From assembly GCA_022841375.1 (NCBI GenBank), contig JALHRQ010000016.1, positions 2,166 through 66,165 on the forward strand: a stretch of 64,000 bases of DNA, written 5' to 3'. A program made the position numbers and the translations under genes. Origin of the DNA: Burkholderiales bacterium (GTDB lineage Bacteria; Pseudomonadota; Gammaproteobacteria; Burkholderiales; SG8-41). Of the stretch, positions 57,790 through 64,000 are shown piece by piece; position 1 is the first letter of the stretch; every line of letters starts with the position of its first letter. The notes under the pieces are model-generated. The model was not told where the DNA came from and did no database searches. It saw only the letters and a list, made by a program, of their open reading frames with translations.

Positions 57790-58632
57790 TCAGCGCACCC
57801 GCCACACGCCACCGGCGTTGGCAGCAAGGCCTTTGCTTTCCAGCCGGATCAATGACGCGTGCAGTGAACGCAGGGCGACATGATGGATGCGCGGCGGCAC
57901 ATCATCGTAGGCGTGGATGACCAGCTGCTCGAGGGTCGCCGGCCCCACCCGTTGCAGCGTAGCGTGCACTTTTTCCTCGCGCCTCATGCGGTGCGCAATC
58001 AGCCGGCGCACCTCTTCCTGCGGGGTTTCGATGACGTGACCGTGACCGGGCGCCAACGCCCCGACAGGCAGCGTCAGCAGGCGCTGCAATGAATCGAGAT
58101 AAGCCTGCATGTCGCCATCGGGCGGCGAAATGACCACGGTCGACCCCTGCATCACATGATCGCCGGTAAACAGCACCCCGCGGTCTTCCAGCAGATAACA
58201 CAGATGGTTGGAGGCATGGCCGGGGGTATGCACGGCGCGCAGCCGGTATTCACCGCAAGTGACGATGTCGCCATCGTGCAGCGCCTGGTCCGGCGCAAAC
58301 TGCTCATCTTGACGGCCATCGTCCGGCGTCACGCCATAACCGTATACCCGCGCACCGGTCGCCGCGCGCAATACGCGGGCCAGCGGCGAGTGATCGCGAT
58401 GGGTGTGCGTGCAGAATATCCAGCGCAGCCGATCGCCGACCGCCGTCAGAATCGCCTCCCGATGCGCCTCAAGTTCGGGACCGGGATCAATCAGCGCCAG
58501 TTCGTCATGCCCGAGCAGGTAGGTATTGGTGCCGGGGCCGGTCATCACACCGGGATTCGGCGCGGTCAGGCGCCGCACGCCGGGGGCGATCTCGACAATC
58601 TCGCCCGCAACAATGGGAATCAGTTCTGCCAC
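57790..58632 (-). CDS. MBL-fold metallo-hydrolase (LACTB2-like)
   Basis: APNPGVMTGPGTNTY, THTHRDH, TPGHASNH, FTGDH and PGHG. Confidence 0.92.
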   Translation of the reverse strand: MAELIPIVAGEIVEIAPGVRRLTAPNPGVMTGPGTNTYLLGHDELALIDPGPELEAHREAILTAVGDRLRWIFCTHTHRDHSPLARVLRAATGARVYGYGVTPDDGRQDEQFAPDQALHDGDIVTCGEYRLRAVHTPGHASNHLCYLLEDRGVLFTGDHVMQGSTVVISPPDGDMQAYLDSLQRLLTLPVGALAPGHGHVIETPQEEVRRLIAHRMRREEKVHATLQRVGPATLEQLVIHAYDDVPPRIHHVALRSLHASLIRLESKGLAANAGGVWRVR

Positions 58633-59474
58633 TGCCCAGCACCTTCTTTAGTGCCCGCCTCTTCATATCCCGGCTCGCCCGGTAGATAACGACGTCCGTC
58701 CTTGCCGATTCTGGGCATCAGCGGACGCACATTGCCCTGTATTGAATCGAGACTGCGGCGCAGGCCGGCAACAGTGCTGCAGTCGGCAAACGTTTCCAGC
58801 GTGCGCACCGTCGGCGTGCGCATCTCGAACTCGCCGCGCTTGTGCAGCGTCAACGCTTCGGCAGGGCTGATCCAGGTTGCTGCGATGGTCTCGTGATCGT
58901 CATGGAAAGGCTCCTGCTCCGGCGGGGCTTCGGCCATGAAAAATCGGGTGTCGTAACGCCGCGGCGCGGTGACCGGCGTGATCCAGTGTGCGAAATAAGT
59001 GAGTTGATCGGCGGCAAGCTGCAATTTTTCGGCCGCAATCAATGCGGCAAAATCAATTTCACCGGCATTCAACTGGCGGCGTTGCGCATCGAAGCGCGCC
59101 GCGACCTGCACATCGGTCAACGTCACCAGTCTGCCGGCGTGGTGGCGCGCCAGCAGCAAACCCGATTCCTCGAAGGCTTCACGAATGGCTGCCGCCCAGT
59201 ACGCCAGCCCGTCCGCCGCCACACCGAGTACGCCGCTGGCCGAAGCATCATCGAGGCAATCACATAAGCCATTGTTTTTAAACAATAAATCTGCGTCATC
59301 CAGTCCGCCGCCGGGAAACACATACATTCCCGGCACAAAACCCGACTTGAGATTGCGGCGCATCATCAGCACTTCAATGCCATCACGCGCATCTCGCACA
59401 ATGGTGACCGTGGCCGCAGGCATCGCCGGCGCAGCTCCGGCGTCCGCGGTCATACCTTCTTTTTTTACGTTCAC
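58620..59474 (-). CDS. NUDIX hydrolase (NUDT19-like)
   Basis: PAATV, YVFPGG, AAIREAFEESG and HWITP...RRYDTRFF. Confidence 0.9.
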   Translation of the reverse strand: MNVKKEGMTADAGAAPAMPAATVTIVRDARDGIEVLMMRRNLKSGFVPGMYVFPGGGLDDADLLFKNNGLCDCLDDASASGVLGVAADGLAYWAAAIREAFEESGLLLARHHAGRLVTLTDVQVAARFDAQRRQLNAGEIDFAALIAAEKLQLAADQLTYFAHWITPVTAPRRYDTRFFMAEAPPEQEPFHDDHETIAATWISPAEALTLHKRGEFEMRTPTVRTLETFADCSTVAGLRRSLDSIQGNVRPLMPRIGKDGRRYLPGEPGYEEAGTKEGAGQWQN

Positions 59475-59484
59475 TCCCGACCCT

Positions 59485-60351
59485 TCATTTTTGCACCAGC
59501 AGTTTGATCAGACTCGATGTATCGAGCTTACCACCGCCCTGTTTCTGCACTCCCGCGTAAAACTGGTCAATCAACGCTGTCGCCGGAAGCTGGGCGCCGT
59601 TGCTGCGCGCCGCCTCCATCGCGATGCGCAAATCCTTGCGCATCAGGTCAACAGCAAAACCGAAATCAAACTTTCCATCGATCATGGTTTTGCCGCGGTT
59701 TTCCATCTGCCAAGAGCTCGCGGCTCCTTTGGAGATGACGTCCACGACCCGCTTGCCGTCGAGCCCGGCCTGTATTGCAAACGCCAGTCCCTCGGCCAGG
59801 CCCTGAACCACGCCGGCGACGCAGATCTGGTTGACCATCTTGGTTTGCTGACCCGCACCGGCGTCGCCCATCAGGGTCACCGCCCGCGCGTAATGCGCAA
59901 TCACCGGTTCGGCACGCGCGTATGCCGCCGCATCGCCGCCGACCATCACCGTGAGGATGCCCTGCTCGGCGCCGGACTGGCCGCCGGACACCGGCGCATC
60001 GAGAAAATGCAGTCCGCGTGCCTGCGCCGCGGCATGCAATTCCTGCGCGACACGGGCCGAGGTCGTGGTGTGATCGACAAAAATCGCGTCTGGAGTCATG
60101 GCCTGGAATGCGCCGTCCGCGCCGACGGTAATTTCACGCAGATCGTCGTCATTTCCGACGCAGCTGAACACCAGTGCCGCGTCACGAACTGCGGCGGCCG
60201 GCGTCTCCGCCACCTGACCGCCATGTTTTGAAGCCCAGGCCAGCGCCTTGGCCTTGCTGCGGTTGTAGACCGTGACCGCGTGACCGGCCTTGGCCAGATG
60301 CCCGGCCATGGGTCCGCCCATCACCCCCGTACCGATAAATGCGAGTTTCAT
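59485..60351 (-). CDS. Beta-hydroxyacid dehydrogenase (3-hydroxyisobutyrate dehydrogenase family)
   Basis: FIGTGVMGGPMA, DAPVSGG, KMVNQ and GFAVDLMRKDL. Confidence 0.92.
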   Translation of the reverse strand: MKLAFIGTGVMGGPMAGHLAKAGHAVTVYNRSKAKALAWASKHGGQVAETPAAAVRDAALVFSCVGNDDDLREITVGADGAFQAMTPDAIFVDHTTTSARVAQELHAAAQARGLHFLDAPVSGGQSGAEQGILTVMVGGDAAAYARAEPVIAHYARAVTLMGDAGAGQQTKMVNQICVAGVVQGLAEGLAFAIQAGLDGKRVVDVISKGAASSWQMENRGKTMIDGKFDFGFAVDLMRKDLRIAMEAARSNGAQLPATALIDQFYAGVQKQGGGKLDTSSLIKLLVQK

Positions 60352-60517
60352 CAGATCAATTCCTGCCAAAAAGAAAAATCAGAACAAAGCGGGTGCAAAC
60401 CCAAAAATGAACGTAAATTCGCAGCAGACCACATACACTGTTTCATACCACTTCCTGTGAAATTACCATCATCAGATTCCTCCGAACATGCCTATGACGC
60501 ATAACGCCAACAATTCG

Positions 60518-61492
60518 ATGAAACGCCCGCCCGCGCTCCGGTGGCTCTGGTGCATATGGTTAGGTTACACCGTAATGACAGTACCCCTGACCTGGTCTCA
60601 GGTCATACCGGGAAACACAGCGCATTCACTGATCGGACAGATCTGGGACACAAAAAGCGGGCGCAACATATCAAAGTCTGACTTTGAAAACCAGCTGCTC
60701 AAGGCCCACTACGTGCTCCTCGGCGAAGTCCATGACAACAGCGCCCATCACCGCATGCGCCGTGATCTGATTGCGGCGCTGATCCGGGCCGGCCGCCGTC
60801 CGGCGATTGCGATGGAACAATTTGACCGGGAGCAGCAATCCGCCATCGACCGGGCCATTACCGCAGCGCCGCGGGATGCTGAACAGTTGCGCGTTGCAAG
60901 CGGGTTCAATGAACAAGGCTGGAGTTGGCCCGACTATGCACCCATCATCAGCCTTGCCCTTGACGCCGGGCTGCCGCTGCTGGCGGCCAATCTGTCACGC
61001 GACGAGGCCTTCCGTATTGCCACTTCAAACGCCGCCGCTGTTTTCGGTGAGCAGGCCGTTGCAACGCTGGGACTGAATCGGCCTTTACCCCAGACTGCAC
61101 AACGCAAGCTGGAACGCGCGATCGATGAAGGACACTGCGGCAAGGCGCCGGCGAAAATCCTGCCCGGCATGGTCGCTGCGCAACGCGCACGCGATGCGGT
61201 GATGGCACAGATTGTCGCGCGGCACGCCACAAGCGGCACAGTGCTGGTGGCCGGCAACGGGCATGTGCGGCGTGATTTCGGGGTGCCGCACTATCTGCTG
61301 GCTGGAACGGCTCCAGCCGCCATTGTTGCGGTGGGATTTATCGAGGTGCAGGACCGTTACCAGAAGCCTGCCGATTATTTCGACAATGCCGATCCTGAAT
61401 ATGATTACATCGTATTCACCGAACGCATGGCACGGGAGGATCCCTGCGCCGGCATCAACTTCAAGCCGCGTCAGCCGATGGCGCAGCCCTGA
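60518..61492 (+). CDS. ChaN family (DUF399) haem/iron-uptake-associated protein
   Basis: LLGEVHDN..HH, AMEQFD, AQRARDAVMA and AGNGH; start uncertain. Confidence 0.83.
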   Translation: MKRPPALRWLWCIWLGYTVMTVPLTWSQVIPGNTAHSLIGQIWDTKSGRNISKSDFENQLLKAHYVLLGEVHDNSAHHRMRRDLIAALIRAGRRPAIAMEQFDREQQSAIDRAITAAPRDAEQLRVASGFNEQGWSWPDYAPIISLALDAGLPLLAANLSRDEAFRIATSNAAAVFGEQAVATLGLNRPLPQTAQRKLERAIDEGHCGKAPAKILPGMVAAQRARDAVMAQIVARHATSGTVLVAGNGHVRRDFGVPHYLLAGTAPAAIVAVGFIEVQDRYQKPADYFDNADPEYDYIVFTERMAREDPCAGINFKPRQPMAQP

Positions 61493-62469
61493 GTCGTCGC
61501 CTTGGGCGGTTCGGCAAAGGTGGCGACATCAACGCCATTTCGAATGGCGGTCATCTCCGCCAGAATCGCCACTGCTATCTCCGGCGGCGTCTTGCTGCCG
61601 ATCTTCAGACCCACCGGACCATGCAGCCGCGCGATCTCCTGCTGCGACAAATCGAAATCCGCAAGCCGCTCACGCCGAGCGTCATTGTTTTTCCGCGAAC
61701 CGATGGCGCCCACGTAAAAGGCCGGCGATTTCAGGGCTTCCAGCAGCGCCATGTCATCGAGCTTGGGATCGTGGGTCAGCGTCACCACTGCGCTGTGACC
61801 ATCGAGGTTCATCTCGGTCACCACATCGTCGGGCATGCCGCGCTTCAGGTCGACGCCGGAGACATCGAAAGTGGTGTTGTATTCCTCGCGCGGATCACAG
61901 ATGGTGACCGAATAATCCAGCGCCTGCGCCATTTGCGCGAGATAAGTCGATAGCTGACCGGCGCCGATAATCAGCAGTCGCCAGCGCGGTCCGAAAACAG
62001 TCGTCAGCGTTGCGCCGTCAAACACCAGTTGATCCTGCCATTTTGCAGCAGTAGTGCTGGCGCGGCCGGTTTTCATGTCCAGGCGGCGCAATACCAGTTC
62101 ATGACGCTCAATACGCGCCAGCAGATCGTCGAGGCCGCTGGCAGCGGAAAGCGGCTCCAGCACCAGCTCCAGTGTGCCGCCGCAGGGCAGACCGAAACGC
62201 TGCGCCTCCTCGGCAGATACGCCGTATTTGGTCGTTGTCGGTGTATTTTCGGCAAGCCTGCCGGCCTTGACACGGTCGATCATGTCGTCTTCCACGCAAC
62301 CGCCGGACACCGATCCGACCACCATGCCGTCGCCACGTATTGCCGACAACGCACCGATCGGACGCGGCGCGGAACCCCAGGTCCTGATGACCGTGGCGAG
62401 CACCACGCGATGGCCACCGCCGACCCATTCGCGGGCGGTGCGGATCACCTGTAAATCAACGCTGTCCAT
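61471..62469 (-). CDS. XdhC/CoxI family molybdoenzyme maturation factor
   Basis: TWGSAPRP.G, GSVSGGCVE, GLPCGG, THDPKLDD, YVGAIGS and EIAVAILAE. Confidence 0.92.
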   Translation of the reverse strand: MDSVDLQVIRTAREWVGGGHRVVLATVIRTWGSAPRPIGALSAIRGDGMVVGSVSGGCVEDDMIDRVKAGRLAENTPTTTKYGVSAEEAQRFGLPCGGTLELVLEPLSAASGLDDLLARIERHELVLRRLDMKTGRASTTAAKWQDQLVFDGATLTTVFGPRWRLLIIGAGQLSTYLAQMAQALDYSVTICDPREEYNTTFDVSGVDLKRGMPDDVVTEMNLDGHSAVVTLTHDPKLDDMALLEALKSPAFYVGAIGSRKNNDARRERLADFDLSQQEIARLHGPVGLKIGSKTPPEIAVAILAEMTAIRNGVDVATFAEPPKATTQGCAIG

Positions 62470-62561
62470 AAACCGTTCCTTAAGCAACCGAAGGCAAGGC
62501 AATATTGTAGCGTGCCGCATGGGTTAACATCGGGCCTCGGCAACAATGGAGTGTTAATGCA

Positions 62562-63014
62562 ATGGAAATGACCGGCGAACAGCTGATCGCCCTGCCCCAC
62601 CAGGCCACCTGGGATGCACTGAACGATACCGCTGTCCTGATGGACTGCATCCCCGGCTGCGACTCGATGGAAAAGCAGTCGGATAACGAATACCTGCTAA
62701 CGATGACCGCCAGGGTCGGTCCGGTCAGCGCCAAGTTCAAGGGCAAGATGACGCTGAGCGAAGTCCAGCCGCCCGATTCCTACAGTCTGCATTTCGAAGG
62801 CCAGGGCGGCGTTGCCGGCTTCGCCAAAGGCGAGGCGCATGTGCAACTGGCGCCGGAAGGCGATTCGACCAAGCTGACTTACAGCGTCAAGGCCAGCATC
62901 GGCGGCAAGCTGGCACAGGTCGGTGCGCGACTGATCGACGGTGTCGCCAAAAAAATGGCCGAACAGTTTTTTACGGCATTCAACAAACGCGCCAGCGGCA
63001 CAAACGCAGGTTAA
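62562..63014 (+). CDS. coxG: CoxG (SRPBCC) family protein
   Basis: W.ALND..L..CIPGC, VGPVSAKFKG and GGKLAQVG.RLID. Confidence 0.88.
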   Translation: MEMTGEQLIALPHQATWDALNDTAVLMDCIPGCDSMEKQSDNEYLLTMTARVGPVSAKFKGKMTLSEVQPPDSYSLHFEGQGGVAGFAKGEAHVQLAPEGDSTKLTYSVKASIGGKLAQVGARLIDGVAKKMAEQFFTAFNKRASGTNAG

Positions 63015-63023
63015 TTACTGCAC

Positions 63024-63059
63024 AAATGACAACGCCGGCTAAGGCCGGCGTTGTCATTT
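63024..63059. terminator. Bidirectional intrinsic terminator
   Basis: Perfect 16-bp inverted repeat AAATGACAACGCCGGC-taag-GCCGGCGTTGTCATTT between convergent genes. Confidence 0.85.
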
Positions 63060-63076
63060 AAACCCGGATGTGAATT

Positions 63077-63745
63077 TCAGCCAACATGCTTGCGCAAAAA
63101 CGCCAGTGTGCGTTCGCGCGCCAGTTTGGCACTGGCCGCATCGAATGATCCGCGCTGATCGCAATTAAAGCCGTGACCGGCGGAATAAAAGTGGTGCTCC
63201 CACTGCGGTTGCGCCGCCTTGACCTTTTGCGCGGCCTCGAGGGTGATCGATTGGTCCTTCTCGCCCCAGTGGAACATCACCGGACATTTCGCCTGCAGTG
63301 ACGCGTGATTCGGAATACCGCCACCGTAATGCGGCGATGAGCACGCCAGCCCTGCGACTTCTGCCGCCGCTTTCCAGGCCACGGTACCGCCCCAGCAATA
63401 ACCAACGATGCCCACCTTGCCCGCAGACGCAACCGCTTTGATTGCCGCCGTGACATCCTTGATGGCGTCGTCGAGGCTGGCTTTCTGCATCAATCCACGG
63501 CTGACTTCTATTTCCGGCGGCGTATAACCGCACTCGTAATTGCGTTGCACACGGTCGAACATCGCAGGTGCAATGGCGAGGTAGCCGTCTGCGGCATAAC
63601 CGTCGGCGACGGCACGGATGTGACTGTTGACACCGAAAATCTCCATCACCACCACCACGGCGCCGCGCGGCTTGCCGGCAGGCTCCGCTTTGTAGGCGCC
63701 GAATTTGTGACCGTCAGCGGCCGTCAGTTCAATCATGCTGCCCAT
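63077..63745 (-). CDS. Dienelactone hydrolase family protein
   Basis: EIFGVN.HI, nucleophile motif GYCWGG and AGHGF. Confidence 0.93.
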   Translation of the reverse strand: MGSMIELTAADGHKFGAYKAEPAGKPRGAVVVVMEIFGVNSHIRAVADGYAADGYLAIAPAMFDRVQRNYECGYTPPEIEVSRGLMQKASLDDAIKDVTAAIKAVASAGKVGIVGYCWGGTVAWKAAAEVAGLACSSPHYGGGIPNHASLQAKCPVMFHWGEKDQSITLEAAQKVKAAQPQWEHHFYSAGHGFNCDQRGSFDAASAKLARERTLAFLRKHVG

Positions 63746-63868
63746 GCTTATTCCTCCGCGCTGTAAGAAGTAAAAAACCTAAAACATTATAGCCTGCGGC
63801 CACGACCGCTCCACGGTCCTTAATGTAGACTGTCCGCCAATCTGAATGACCGCGACAGGGGCCGGGGC

Positions 63869-64000
63869 ATGCTGAAAATCTGGGGGCGCACCAACTCGAT
63901 CAACGTGCAGAAAGTGCTGTGGACCTGCGCCGAACTGGGCCTGCCGTACGAACGCATCGACGCCGGCATGCAGTTTGGCGTCAATAACACGCCTGAATAC
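63869..64000 (+). CDS. Glutathione S-transferase (GstB/YliJ-like), partial (runs off the window end)
   Basis: Manual translation: MLKIWGRTNSINVQKVLWTCAELGLPYERIDAGMQFGVNNTPEY. Confidence 0.9.
   Translation, partial: MLKIWGRTNSINVQKVLWTCAELGLPYERIDAGMQFGVNNTPEY

Noticed and set aside
61471..63014. xdhC/coxG as evidence for a CO dehydrogenase cluster
   Set aside because: There are no coxLMS or xdhAB structural genes in the window, and these accessory genes commonly occur alone.

Overview
This is a GC-rich, gene-dense chromosomal window that looks betaproteobacterial, judging by eight Bug/TctC periplasmic binding proteins against a single tctAB pair. It holds about 68 CDS, mostly catabolic enzymes and transporters. 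I saw no rRNA, tRNA, CRISPR array or transposase. The most notable signal is hidden by the ORF track. The four minus-strand ORF fragments at 47933-49908 join in frame into two genes, each interrupted by one UGA in the same context (UGA GGG UCA) and followed by a stem-loop. This fits a translationally coupled two-selenoprotein operon: a 480-aa thioredoxin-fold (CxxC) fusion protein with RPG-U-GS, and a 178-aa UGSC-family protein (D-U-GSCTSC) whose motif resembles the D-proline/glycine reductase selenoproteins PrdB/GrdB. Other notable blocks are (i) a 13-gene GntR-led operon with a thiol dioxygenase, CoA ligase, thioesterase, UbiX/UbiD and an ABC transporter, apparently on a leaderless transcript with a palindromic operator; (ii) a catabolic operon (TPP enzyme, two lactonases, ACMSD-like enzyme, two cupins) divergent from a CysB/Cbl-like regulator; (iii) two aldo/keto reductases with twin-arginine leaders, one next to an NTT-like transporter; (iv) an aKMT-like methyltransferase with a signal peptide; and (v) small repeat elements. 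All product calls come from motif recognition by eye, not database searches, and many start codons were re-chosen from RBS or overlap context.
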